Origin: Thermoplasmatota archaeon | GTDB taxonomy: Archaea > Thermoplasmatota > Penumbrarchaeia > Penumbrarchaeales > Penumbrarchaeaceae | Assembly (NCBI GenBank): GCA_965234725.1 | Contig: CBDDUX010000031.1 | Coordinates: 1-54,411, forward strand | Direction: 5' to 3' | DNA: 54,411 nt | Shown here: positions 10,037 to 21,000 of the stretch, in pieces | Numbering within the stretch: position 1 is the first letter of the stretch | How the letters are laid out: each line of letters starts with the position of its first letter | Notes under the pieces: generated by a model | Told to the model about the DNA's origin: nothing | The model's input: the letters and a program-made list of their open reading frames with translations, nothing else | The model's database searches: none | Position numbers and translations under genes: made by a program

Positions 10037-10642
10037 TCAGTTAGAGTTTGGAGCATTGTGGTTGTAGGAACCTTCTGAGATCCTTCCGTTGACAGTGAAC
10101 CAGTACCAGTCATAGGTGGGGACATCCGCATTCTGGACCGCTGTGCCTACACCTTCAGCCTTCAGGGAATACAACCCCGGCTTGGTACTGTTGACAGTGG
10201 CCATGAACTCGGCCCTGTCATACCTGGTGTTACCTGGTGCCTCATACCGATTTTGAGCGACTAGCCTTTCCTTGTTGGTTCCCGGTTCATAGATGAGCAT
10301 GACATGGACCCATCTTTTGAAATCCATGGTGGCCTGGGCATCAGGTCCGAAATGGACCTGGGCATAGATGTAGATGTCAGCTCCCCCCTCACCGATATAG
10401 AAATTGTCTATTGTCCTCTGTTTCTCCTCAGAACCCAGGGGGATCGAGGTGTCCGTGAAAGCCCCGGTGAAATTATGCCTGACCTGTGCAATGGTCCGAC
10501 TGCTGAATTCGATAACGGAGTCCTCTGACGGGAACAGGAGGTCACGGGAGCTTCCCGTATGGAAACATCCGGATGTGAACGTCATTGCGGAAGTGGCCGC
10601 CAGGACCATCAGGATGAGGATTGCTCTTCTTTGCATCAACAT
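10037..10642 (-). CDS. Hypothetical lipoprotein
   Basis: RR, hydrophobic stretch, then TSGC lipobox; soluble beta-rich remainder. Confidence 0.65.
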   Translation of the reverse strand: MLMQRRAILILMVLAATSAMTFTSGCFHTGSSRDLLFPSEDSVIEFSSRTIAQVRHNFTGAFTDTSIPLGSEEKQRTIDNFYIGEGGADIYIYAQVHFGPDAQATMDFKRWVHVMLIYEPGTNKERLVAQNRYEAPGNTRYDRAEFMATVNSTKPGLYSLKAEGVGTAVQNADVPTYDWYWFTVNGRISEGSYNHNAPNSN

Positions 10643-10682
10643 AACTGCAAACCACCATAAGGGATTCAATTCTTTCGGTGGA

Positions 10683-11921
10683 TCACTCTACCATACGGAA
10701 CTCACTCTCCTTTCCCAACGGGAAAGTGGCATCAAATCCCATTTTAACTGTGGTCTTATCCGGTGAGGTTGAAGAAGGATCGAGAGTAGAACCTCTGGCC
10801 CCTTCTATCAGGATCGTGTCCCTGTCTCCCTGGAACCTGGTGGCCAGTGCCCATTCGACCTGGGTATCATCAAAGATGTCGATGTCTTTATTGACGACGA
10901 TCACACGTTTCATAGAAGGATGTCCTGTAAAAGCAGCCATAATGGCATTCTTTGCATCCCCCTGTTTTTGGGGTGTAATTGACACAACACCATGAAGCCA
11001 GCAGCATCCACCTTCTGTCAACCGGACCCCGTGGACCTTGGGGACCACCATGCTAACAGCATTCTTTATTGAGGGTTCCTTTGGAAGCCCCATCAACTGA
11101 TAATGCTCATAGCCTCCGGGAAGCAGAAAATGGAAGATCGGATCCTTTCGTGTCATTGCTTTGTCCACAACAAATACAGGTTCGCCGGGATCCAATCCCG
11201 CGTGATCATATGTGGAAGTGATATCGACGAAGGGACCTTCCGCAACCTTCTCATCAATGAACCTTCCAACAAGAACGATCTCTGTCCCGACAGGTGAGAG
11301 GAGATCATCCCCTCCCGGTGAGAAAACCTTCAAAGGTTCTCCCTTTGCGGACCTGTGAAGGGCGGATGCCACCTCCAACTCATCTTCTCCGAACCCAAGT
11401 GATGTCGAACCAGCCAGGAGACTGTAAGGATCGGCTCCTATCGATACCACTGCTGGGAGGTCATTTCCCTTTTCCCTTGCATTTGAGATGAGGGTCTTGA
11501 GGTGCCTTGGTACCACTCTCACTGCGAACCTGTCATCTCCAAGATACATCATCCTGTGGAACGAAAGGTTCCTTTTACCTTCGTATCCTGCATGGAATAT
11601 GGCGGAAGTGATATAGGGCCCTCCATCGCCCTTGAAATAAGTTGGTATCGGGATATCATCGACCTTGATCTTGATGTAGTGGTTTGGGATGTCCGCCACT
11701 TGGAATGGAACGGGATGTCTGGTTCCGGACATTAAGACATCGGTTATTCCTCTAAGGTCCGTTCCAAGTGCCATGGCCAAGGTTGCCCTGTCAGAGTATA
11801 CATTCCCGGCCATTCGCCAATCATCATTTCCCTTTACCCGGGAGATCCAGGCGGATCGAGGATGGTCCTTGCTCAAAGAGGATCCTTCCAGACGGGGATC
11901 GAGCTCTCCTTTCTCGATCAC
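10683..11921 (-). CDS. UbiD-family prFMN-dependent decarboxylase (possibly anhydromevalonate phosphate decarboxylase)
   Basis: DGGPYITS, RN.S.HR, EGPFVD.T..YD, GGC.WLH, DIDIFD..VEWALATRFQ, LDPS, K.GFDAT. The true start may be ACG at 11954 (see findings). Confidence 0.9.
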   Translation of the reverse strand: MIEKGELDPRLEGSSLSKDHPRSAWISRVKGNDDWRMAGNVYSDRATLAMALGTDLRGITDVLMSGTRHPVPFQVADIPNHYIKIKVDDIPIPTYFKGDGGPYITSAIFHAGYEGKRNLSFHRMMYLGDDRFAVRVVPRHLKTLISNAREKGNDLPAVVSIGADPYSLLAGSTSLGFGEDELEVASALHRSAKGEPLKVFSPGGDDLLSPVGTEIVLVGRFIDEKVAEGPFVDITSTYDHAGLDPGEPVFVVDKAMTRKDPIFHFLLPGGYEHYQLMGLPKEPSIKNAVSMVVPKVHGVRLTEGGCCWLHGVVSITPQKQGDAKNAIMAAFTGHPSMKRVIVVNKDIDIFDDTQVEWALATRFQGDRDTILIEGARGSTLDPSSTSPDKTTVKMGFDATFPLGKESEFRMVE

Positions 11922-12138
11922 TCCGACCTTCTCAATAAGGTCTCTGAATTCCGTATTTACTCCCTCCTGGTCTGTTATATTGGTCGTTGTTCATTCCCTC
12001 ATGGATATCCAACGACCATAAGCGTCTAGGATTGGCATGATATTTCAGCTTTTCACCCTTTGATATGGATGAATATTGAATGATGCTGGGTCGAGTCCCT
12101 TCTCAGAAAGATATATATCATGTAACTATGTTTGCGCG

Positions 12139-12558
12139 ATGATATCCATGGCTCAGAGAACTCGCCTTTTAGATTGTCCAAGCTGCGGAAAACAGCTCGA
12201 GGATACAAAACAGGAAAGGGTGACATGCCGTTACTGCGGTAATATATTCACTCGAGAGGATGTTGTCCAGGAAGATGAGGATTACATCAGAAGGAAGATG
12301 ATCGTCGACCTGAGGACCAATATGGAGATCTCCAAGAAATGGAAGACCATCTCCACGGTCTTCATGATCGCCAGCTTCATCCTCGCTCTCCCGGTTCTGG
12401 TAACGGTAACATTTGATGAGGCTATTATCAATCCTATCATAGCTGTACTTTTCTTTTTAGGTGGTGTGGTGTTCTTCGTTTTGATGATCTTGTTCGACAG
12501 AAGATATGAATCCAACAGGAGCAAGGCGTCTGACATATCCATGAGAAGGAGGCTTTAG
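12139..12558 (+). CDS. Zn-ribbon protein with two C-terminal TM helices
   Basis: CPSCG...CRYCG followed by two hydrophobic helices. TATA-like ATATATA lies upstream. Confidence 0.7.
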   Translation: MISMAQRTRLLDCPSCGKQLEDTKQERVTCRYCGNIFTREDVVQEDEDYIRRKMIVDLRTNMEISKKWKTISTVFMIASFILALPVLVTVTFDEAIINPIIAVLFFLGGVVFFVLMILFDRRYESNRSKASDISMRRRL

Positions 12559-12569
12559 GGGGGTCAACA

Positions 12570-15500
12570 ATGAGAAGAACTTACACTCTTTCAACGGTCA
12601 TTGTAACATTGGTACTGCTTGCTTCCTCCCTGCTTCTGGCAGGTTCGCAGATGGAGACGGTCGCCACCGATCCTGGAACGAGGAATGTGGGTCAGACCCT
12701 CTACGTTGAGAATGGAACCATTACCATCGACAGAGCATCAGATGCGGAGATGAAGAAATGGGACAAGATCGTATTCAGGGATGACGGGAAGCTGATAATC
12801 AAGGGCGACCTTGTCATCACCCAGGAGATCATCTGCAGGGCAGATTTCGATAACACCTCATTCCAGATGATAAACGACGGGGAGTGGCCTGCCAAATTAA
12901 CGGTCCAGAGCGGTGTCCTCAACCTCAAAGCAGATGATATTTCCATTCAGGGATCCACGATCTCTGTGACCAATGAATCCGGTATCCTGGACAATGGAGA
13001 AAATGGAAAAGAGAGTTCTTTCTCGATGATATCCAGGCGATCCGATCTGGTCATCAACGATACTTCCATCAGCGTATCCGGTCAACCCGGAGCAAGCGGT
13101 GCAAACACCAACGGTGGAAACGGCGGAAAGTCCTTCTTCACACTTAGGGCACTTGGAAATCATGATGTGAGGATATCGGATTCGGATATCTACATCCAGG
13201 GAGGAAAAGGTGGAGACACATTCTCGCCTGGATGGGGTTCAGGGACCGGAGGACAGGTGTTATGTAACATCGAGGGCAGAGGGATCAATATCAGGGGTTC
13301 AAGTCTCTATGCCAAATCCGGAAGTGCTGGCGCCGCAGGCGCCCAATCCTTTGGTAAGACCGCTGGAAACTGCCAGATGTTCATTGAATCGATCTCAACC
13401 GACCTATACTTATCCAAAAGCGATCTGGAAGCTGAAGCCGGAACATCCTCAAGTACATCAGTGGTATTGTCCCAGATCAAACTCACAGCACTTTCTGGTG
13501 CATTGCTCTGGGATGAGGGAAAGACAGGGAATGATCGCTTACAGTCACTTTCAAGCTGGAAAGCTGACAATCTTCAGACCGAAGCCATCGATGATGCTTT
13601 CCTGTATGAGGTAGATGTGGGAGATTCACCCCCGGCCTCACTTTCCGGAACCCATCTTTCCCTATTCTGGTGGGCGCAGGTCATAGTCAACGACAATACC
13701 AAGACCCCCATGGAGAATGTTGCTATCAGGTATTACGAACCCTCTGACATATCAACACTCTATCCCAAAGACGGACCTGCCTTTACTGATACTGAAGGAA
13801 AGGTTTGGCTCGAGGTGGAGTCCTTCAAGGACAACCTGTATTTATTCTACACATTCAGGGCTGAGGATTTAGGTGGTGCTTCCGCATCATCCGACAGGGT
13901 CAGGTTCAACTCCAACTCGAACCTTGACGTATACATCAACCTTACAACGATCAATATCCAGAGGGTCTCCCCCCCTCCTGGCAAGCGGATCGGAGGGGAT
14001 GAGGTAAGGTTCCAGGGGACCGCCGTATCGGGCGGGGAAAGCAATGTGGTCAACAGGGTCGTCATCTACAGGGAAGATGAGGTCCTTGGGGAGGCAAAGA
14101 GCACGGCACCCCAGGGAGGTCTGGCATTTTCCAGCTGGGAGTTCGTCTGGAATTCCGAAACTGTGCCGGACGGAATCTACAGTTTCAGCTTCATAGCCTT
14201 TGACAACTCCTACTCTGCCACATTGACCCAGAGAATCGAGGTAAATCAGACCGCCGTTCCACACCCTCCGCTTATGGTTGCTTGCATTGTTACGGATCCG
14301 ATTGGAATATATTCGGTACTACCAGGAGAATCGACAGATGTCCATGTCAATCAGAACGATAAGCTGATAGATTTTGAGGCCAGGATCTTCGATGTTGATT
14401 ATCGATCGGATATAATTGACGAAGGCAAGGAACTGGTATCCGCGGATGTCAGGCTTGTTTATGTTTCCTCAGGCGCGGTGATCTTGACCAGGTTCATCGA
14501 CGATTTCCAGACCGTGAACGAATCCGGTGGATCCAAATTCAATTTCCAGATAGATTCCTCAAAGAAACCAGGAACATCCGAAGCATTGGATGACGGTCTC
14601 TACAGGGTCGAGATGGACATCAAGGATGATGCAGGGTACTGGAAAGAGTCCCAGTTCATCCTCTTCGAACTTTTCTTTGATTATTATCCCAATGCCTATT
14701 CATTCATTGATGTTGTGGATGGAAAGAGGCTCAGTACTGATAAGGTTCCTGGTGTGGACCAGATAGTGGATTACGAGGCTTTCTTCATAGACACCGAGAA
14801 GAGCCATACTGCAGAAGTGAGATTCAATCTTACAAGGTGCACGGACCAGGATAGCCCCAAATTCGGTTCTGGACTTTCTTGGCAGGACCTGAACTTCACG
14901 GTCAGGGTCAAAAGGCAAGGATCCGGAGAGGCGGAAAAGACCATTCTGGATTCAAAGGCATCTGTTCCCACGGTTGAATATCAGTTCAATGTGAAGGATG
15001 TGGAAGAAGGCACCACGGGTAACTTCGATGTCTGGATAGAGGTTACGGATAAGGATGGGTTGAAGGACGAGGTCCGGTATATGATCCGTGTAACCCATAA
15101 TTCTCCTGAAGAGAGACATTCGATCCTGTCCGATCTGACAGGCATTGAGGCGCTCGACCTCATTGAATCGGATATCATGTCCGTTATCAACCCGATCCTT
15201 TTCCTGATCATGGTCGGCCTTTACCTGGGCCTCCTCTTCTTCATGTCGTTCAAATATAATTCGGAGAGGAAGAAGAAGATGGAACTCGTAGAGAAGAAGA
15301 GGAAGGATGATCAGGATAAGAAGAAGGATACGTCAATCGATGACGAGATCTCGGGGACGTACATGAAGACCTCCCAGAAGTACCTGGAAGCAACCGGCGT
15401 AACCAAAGGAAAGGATGAGTTCGCAAAGGAGCTTGAGGCTGCCCGGGCAAAGGATCCTGTAGCCTCCGGGCCTGTCCAGACCCCTGTCCCTGGTAAACCG

Positions 15501-15776
15501 CAGGGAACTCCTGCAAAGCCCCCTGCAATGCAGCAACCTGGTACTCCTCAGCCACCCAAGCAGGTCCCGGTCCAGCAATCACCTGCACCGATATCGACTC
15601 CAAAACCACCTCAAACCCAGCAACCTCCTGCACCGGCTCAACCACCAAAGGTTCCTCAACCGGTGCAGCCTCCGGTCGTTCCACCCACACCAAGTGTTCC
15701 ACCGGCTCCTGTGGTTCCCCCGGTTCCGGCACAACCACCGAAGGTGCCCCCGGTTCCCCCTGTTCCTGAGAAGTGA
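12570..15776 (+). CDS. Large secreted, membrane-anchored surface protein (Gly-rich beta-solenoid-like N-part, Ig-like domains, TM, Pro-rich tail)
   Basis: Signal peptide, GGNGG/GGKGG repeats, W..E.VPDG.Y Ig-like motif, TM helix near aa 875-895, ~100-aa P/Q/V-rich tail. Confidence 0.75.
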   Translation: MRRTYTLSTVIVTLVLLASSLLLAGSQMETVATDPGTRNVGQTLYVENGTITIDRASDAEMKKWDKIVFRDDGKLIIKGDLVITQEIICRADFDNTSFQMINDGEWPAKLTVQSGVLNLKADDISIQGSTISVTNESGILDNGENGKESSFSMISRRSDLVINDTSISVSGQPGASGANTNGGNGGKSFFTLRALGNHDVRISDSDIYIQGGKGGDTFSPGWGSGTGGQVLCNIEGRGINIRGSSLYAKSGSAGAAGAQSFGKTAGNCQMFIESISTDLYLSKSDLEAEAGTSSSTSVVLSQIKLTALSGALLWDEGKTGNDRLQSLSSWKADNLQTEAIDDAFLYEVDVGDSPPASLSGTHLSLFWWAQVIVNDNTKTPMENVAIRYYEPSDISTLYPKDGPAFTDTEGKVWLEVESFKDNLYLFYTFRAEDLGGASASSDRVRFNSNSNLDVYINLTTINIQRVSPPPGKRIGGDEVRFQGTAVSGGESNVVNRVVIYREDEVLGEAKSTAPQGGLAFSSWEFVWNSETVPDGIYSFSFIAFDNSYSATLTQRIEVNQTAVPHPPLMVACIVTDPIGIYSVLPGESTDVHVNQNDKLIDFEARIFDVDYRSDIIDEGKELVSADVRLVYVSSGAVILTRFIDDFQTVNESGGSKFNFQIDSSKKPGTSEALDDGLYRVEMDIKDDAGYWKESQFILFELFFDYYPNAYSFIDVVDGKRLSTDKVPGVDQIVDYEAFFIDTEKSHTAEVRFNLTRCTDQDSPKFGSGLSWQDLNFTVRVKRQGSGEAEKTILDSKASVPTVEYQFNVKDVEEGTTGNFDVWIEVTDKDGLKDEVRYMIRVTHNSPEERHSILSDLTGIEALDLIESDIMSVINPILFLIMVGLYLGLLFFMSFKYNSERKKKMELVEKKRKDDQDKKKDTSIDDEISGTYMKTSQKYLEATGVTKGKDEFAKELEAARAKDPVASGPVQTPVPGKPQGTPAKPPAMQQPGTPQPPKQVPVQQSPAPISTPKPPQTQQPPAPAQPPKVPQPVQPPVVPPTPSVPPAPVVPPVPAQPPKVPPVPPVPEK

Positions 15777-15875
15777 AAGCTATAGGGTGAAAAAGGCCTG
15801 AAGGGCTCTCTATATCCGTACCTACCAATTGCAGCCGAAATACTATATAAATGTCCGTGATTGTTACATTGAGAG

Positions 15876-16979
15876 ATGGTCCATTTGAGCCAGGAAAAGG
15901 ATATACTATCCGTAATAATCCCCACCTACAATGAACGGGAGAACATTCCCGTTATCATACCATTACTCTCCGGGGTACTCAGGGGCAAAGGAATACCTTT
16001 CGAGATCATCGTTATGGATGATGACTCTCCTGATGGTACCTCCAATGCATTTGAGCAGATATCAAAGGACCATCCCGAATCCAGATGTATCGTAAGAAAG
16101 ACCGATCGCGGCCTCTCCCCTGCTGTTATCGAAGGATATGCCAAGGCCACAGGGGACATCCTTCTTGTGATGGATGCTGATCTCTCACATCCTGTTGAGG
16201 TCGTACCTGATATGTATTATGCGATCTCAAGGGACGGAGCCGATATATCTGTGGGAAGCAGGCATGTTAAGGGAGGGGGGGTTGAGAACTGGCCTCTGAA
16301 GAGGAAGATAATCTCCTGGGGTGCCGCATTGATGGCGAGACCATTGACCGGTTGTTCGGATCCTATGTCGGGTTTCTTTGCTGTCAGACCCTCGGTGATC
16401 AGGGAAGCTCCTCTTCGGGCAAAAGGGTACAAGATACTACTGGAGGTCCTGGTCAAGGGTAATTATAATAAGGTAACAGAGGTCCCGATCACCTTCAAGG
16501 ACAGGGAGCTTGGTGAATCGAAATTGGGATCCAAGGTGATCTTCAATTACCTTCAACATCTCTTAAAGTTGTATCTCTTCCCGGGTTCTGCATCATTCTT
16601 CAAATTCCTATTTGTAGGGGGTACAGGGATGGTGATAGACCTAAGCCTCCTTACAATGATGCTCTATATATTAGGGACAGGTAAGACCGAATATATGATA
16701 TCACAGTCCGTTTCTTTCATGGCAGCAGTTACCTGGAACTTCTTCTGGAACAGGCTTTGGACATTCGATTCAAGGAAGGTATCAATGAGGTCCCAGTATC
16801 TCAAGTTCCTGACAGTTGCATTGGGTGCTTTCATTATACGTTCCGCTCTATCATATTTCGGTGTGGATGTTCTGAAGATCCAGGAACCACCCTATTACCA
16901 GATGTTGACCTTCACGGTCATACTGATAGTGACCGTTATAAATTACATAGGATCCCGCTTTTGGGCATTTCGGAAATAG
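15876..16979 (+). CDS. GT2 polyprenol-phosphate glycosyltransferase (DPM1-like) fused to GtrA-like domain
   Basis: IIPTYNE, DDDSPDGT, RGLS.A, MDADLSH, DPMSGFF, R..GESK. C-terminal 4-TM GtrA domain (KFLFVG...NFFWNRLWTF). Confidence 0.9.
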   Translation: MVHLSQEKDILSVIIPTYNERENIPVIIPLLSGVLRGKGIPFEIIVMDDDSPDGTSNAFEQISKDHPESRCIVRKTDRGLSPAVIEGYAKATGDILLVMDADLSHPVEVVPDMYYAISRDGADISVGSRHVKGGGVENWPLKRKIISWGAALMARPLTGCSDPMSGFFAVRPSVIREAPLRAKGYKILLEVLVKGNYNKVTEVPITFKDRELGESKLGSKVIFNYLQHLLKLYLFPGSASFFKFLFVGGTGMVIDLSLLTMMLYILGTGKTEYMISQSVSFMAAVTWNFFWNRLWTFDSRKVSMRSQYLKFLTVALGAFIIRSALSYFGVDVLKIQEPPYYQMLTFTVILIVTVINYIGSRFWAFRK

Positions 16980-17023
16980 CTTCCATCCAAAAGTTTAAAG
17001 TCACTTGCGAATGATTTTGAATT

Positions 17024-18052
17024 GTGTTTGGAAGGATGCTTATACGGTCCCTGCCGGTCTTGCTGTTAATAATTCATCTTCCATTGACGGATGCGGATCC
17101 TGTTTCACCATCCGCCGCAGAGCAGGCTTTGAACTTCGTCTCCGTTGAGATCGAAGAGACAGCGATCTCCATCGATATCTCATTCAACGGATCATTCGAA
17201 GGTGAGCTTCATTGCAGTGCGACACTACTGCTCAACCTGGGCATCTTCGTGGAATCGGTCGATGTGTTCCTCGATGTCAATTTCCCACCCGAGATCTCTA
17301 TAGCCCTTACAGATTATGAGTTCACACTTACACCGGAAGATCCGACATTTCAATTCCTGGCAAATGTAACGGTCAATCCAGGAACCTCTTCCTCAGAAAG
17401 ACCCGTGATCACCATTGATGGAACGGCCAATGCACAGCCTTCTGGAACCAAGGGGGGAATAGCTGAAGATTCGGCTACGGTCATTGTACTCCCTTTCTAC
17501 ACCGCCGAGATCGCCTTCAAAGAAGGTTCCGGAAGTATCGAGAGGACAAAGAGCAAGACCTTTCAGCTTCTTATTGAGAACCGGGGAAATGCAGGTGAGA
17601 CATACATCCTGAACTGGGCGAACCGCGATGAATTGAAGGGGAAGGATATTTCAATCGATTTCGAGGAGAAGGATGTTTTCCTCCAAGAAGGTGAGAAGAA
17701 AGAGATAGATGTAACCATCAAGACCGGTGATAGGACAACACGTGGTTCCTATATTGTCCGGATCGAGGTCTGGTCCGAGATCAACGGGCCTGACAGCAAG
17801 GAGGAATCCAATGCAGTGATCGTTGTGGATGTGAGCGATCCATATTTGGGTACCATACAGGGATTCTTCTCGAAGAGCCCATATATGATCTATCTCACCG
17901 GCGCAGCGGTTCTGATAGCGATCGTCCTTTTGGTATATTTTCTCCTAAGGTGGCGGGCCAAGAGGGCCTGGAGGAGGAGGTTGAGAGAATATCAACTATA
18001 TGGAGAGGAAGAGGGACAGGAGATGGTGTCCGATCCCTCTGTGGATCCCTAA
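17024..18052 (+). CDS. Secreted Ig-like (NEW3/choice-of-anchor T-like) membrane-anchored protein
   Basis: Signal peptide, I.N.GN..ETY Ig motif, C-terminal TM followed by a basic cluster. Confidence 0.6.
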   Translation: MFGRMLIRSLPVLLLIIHLPLTDADPVSPSAAEQALNFVSVEIEETAISIDISFNGSFEGELHCSATLLLNLGIFVESVDVFLDVNFPPEISIALTDYEFTLTPEDPTFQFLANVTVNPGTSSSERPVITIDGTANAQPSGTKGGIAEDSATVIVLPFYTAEIAFKEGSGSIERTKSKTFQLLIENRGNAGETYILNWANRDELKGKDISIDFEEKDVFLQEGEKKEIDVTIKTGDRTTRGSYIVRIEVWSEINGPDSKEESNAVIVVDVSDPYLGTIQGFFSKSPYMIYLTGAAVLIAIVLLVYFLLRWRAKRAWRRRLREYQLYGEEEGQEMVSDPSVDP

Positions 18053-21000
18053 TCCTCTTCCATGAATTCCTCTTCTTCCGGTTCCTCGAACTCAGCTCCA
18101 CAGTCGGGGCAGGTCTCAAGGTTCATTGAAACCAGTTCACCACAGACAGAGCAGACACTCATGTTCTCCAGTTCTTCCATCTCCTCCATATCATCCGCCT
18201 TTGAATGTCCATCGAGGTCCTCTTCGAAGATCGCTTCTGCACCACCCTCTCCCATGATCGTGGGAGGGGCACTGGTGGGAAGATGTATCTTTCCAGTGTA
18301 AATGGCATAGGCCACGGCTGCAATGACAGCAACTATGATCAGGACCAGTATGAAGATGAAGACCTCTATGAGGGATTGCCCTGCCATCTTGGGAGCTGAC
18401 TGGACCTGGTCATTGTAGGGATCATAGTCCTTAATATTCTCCCTTCCATCCCCGTCTATGTCATTGTCCACATCATCTCCGATGCCGTCACCGTCAAAGT
18501 CTCCTGGAAGTGCTCCGTTATTGGGATAGCTATCCTCGCTGTCCAGGATCCCATCATCGTCATCATCCGTATCCATCCAGTTGAACGGATTCCCGGGTGT
18601 TCCGTCCGGAGCACCATCGTGGTCCAGGTCCATCGGGAACGATAACCTGTTCTTGGGATCGGTCCCGAGTTCGATCTCCCAGTGGTCCAGGTATCCATCG
18701 TTGTCATCATCGGTATCGTCACCCGGATCGTTCTCTCCATTTCCATTTATATCATCGAAGTAACCGTCCCCGTCGGTATCCGTTGGGATAAGTATCGCTG
18801 ACAGTGAGATACTCTCTCCTTGCCTGTTATCCGAATCAATGGGAGTGATGTTCACAGTAATGGTCGCTCTGCCCGGGTATGACCATCCGCCAAATGACCA
18901 GGGAAGCTGAGGCACCTCGTAGTTCACTCCAAGTGAGGTTCCACCCACGGACCAGTTGAAGTAATATGTTACCCGGTCTCCGTCGGCGTCGAAAGAATTC
19001 AGATCCTTAATAGTGACTAGGTCATCGGTCTCGATGAGGATCTCAGGGGTAAGTTTTCCTGATATGACGATGGGAGCTGAGTTCACCACCTCGAAATTTG
19101 CGGTCTTGATGCCGGATTGGGAAGTTCCATCGGAGATCCATGCAAGGACCCTGATGTCCATGCCCTTTTCTGTAAACCTGCTGTCAAGGATAGGGGAGTT
19201 TGGTGCTCCGATCGGGACCCATTTGTCATTCCTGTTTAAGACCTCCCATTGATAGTTGAAGGTTACCACATTGGAATCCGCATCCTCGTAGGTTCCGGGT
19301 GTGATGATGATGTCCTGATCGGTCTTGGGTTTGTTCGTATTGTATGTCAGATCGGATTTGAACCTCGGTGCCTGGCCAAGGACCTTTATCTCGGGGGACA
19401 TTACCGGTTCTCCGAATTTTTTTGAATAAATGGATTCCACATCCATTGGCCAAACCTTGAAACTCCATATCTGCCCCTCCTTGACACCGTTTACTGTGGT
19501 TACATTGTCCACGGTGTTGGTACCATACCTTTGAATGGGTGTACCATTGAGGAACCATCGGACATATTTGGTTGAGGGTTCCGTGTCCCCATCGTCGATA
19601 TCATACCAGTTCCATTGAGCTGTGATGGTGGAACCGGTTCGTGGTATGGTATCGGTTCCGGTTATCGAAATGATCCTGGGTTCTGTTATTATCGGCACAT
19701 CGTTAGACCCGATAATGAATATTGTGATATTCACTGTCAGTGACTTTCCATGTGGATCTGTCGCTGTGACAAGGATATTCCCTTCACCGTTCCAATCCTT
19801 TTCAAGATCAACGGACATCATGGATCCTATGAGTTTGGGGTGAAGGTATGGACTCAAGGATTCAACCTTGAAGCTGAGATTCCCCTCATCTGTCCCTATG
19901 TCCGAGAACCATTTTGAGATATCAACGGATCCCTCATTCAGTCCTTTATCTTCCGTGCCCTGGATTATTGTGGGATATTCCTCTGTGAATGGAGCTTTGT
20001 ATCCGGTGTAGGCCTTCGTTGTTCTGGTGGTCAGTGTGAAATCATCGTTGATATAAGCCCATACCCTCTTCGATCCAGTGGATTCCAGGTATGAGATGGT
20101 GAGCTTTACATGCTCCCTGTCTTTACTGTAACCATTTGGGGTCACTTCGTATATCTTGTAAATGTCCTGCCACCTGCCAACTTTATCCGTGACCTTGATA
20201 GATGAAGCGGAGTCTCCGAATTTCAGTTCGGCATTGAATACCTGATCATGTTCATCTTCATCCTTGACGATCACTTCCAAAGTGTAGAAGATCGAGACCC
20301 TTTTAGTGATCTCCTTAACGATGATCCTGTTAGGATCGATATCGGTATCCTCGAGGGTCATGTTGTTCCTGGAAAGCCAGATGGGAGCAACAACGTTACC
20401 TGCAAAGGAGGAATCCTCAACCATGATATCGGTTTGATACCCTCCCTTGAACACATAGATCCCCCAATCGTTATTGGTGAACACACATCCTGTAATGGTC
20501 AAGTCGTCGGAAAGGCCGTCAATTATGATTCCCCTGCCATTGCCCTTGAACTCAGAATCCGTCACCTTACCTTGGGAATCTTCGATCCTCAGAGCGGATC
20601 CCTCAATATACATGAACCGACACGATTCTATTGTTATTAGCTTGGTGTCCATCAATTGGATGCCACCTTCTCCATGGACCACCAGGGTTTCGTCCATCTG
20701 GAAGGAGGCCACACTTTCCGCCTCAAAGCTTCCCATGTATCCAAAGTAGCATCCTTGAATGCTCACCTTGCTGCTTCCCGTGGTACTGATATACCATCTA
20801 TGATCTGTATCATCGGGCCTGATGTAAGCGTTGACCATCTCAAGGGTGTGTGATTGTCCGAGGGAGATAACTGCCCCATCGTTCAGGAATCGTATCTCTT
20901 CATTGAATATCTGCAACCCATTGTTCTCAACAGTGATATCCAGATTGGCTTTAGTGATCCCGGTGAATTCAGAATTTCCAAGCTTATCCTTTCCACTGGT

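Noticed and set aside
15470-15773. CCG/CCT/GTT-rich quasi-repeats
   Set aside because: Explained by the Pro/Val/Gln-rich protein tail; not an independent DNA repeat.
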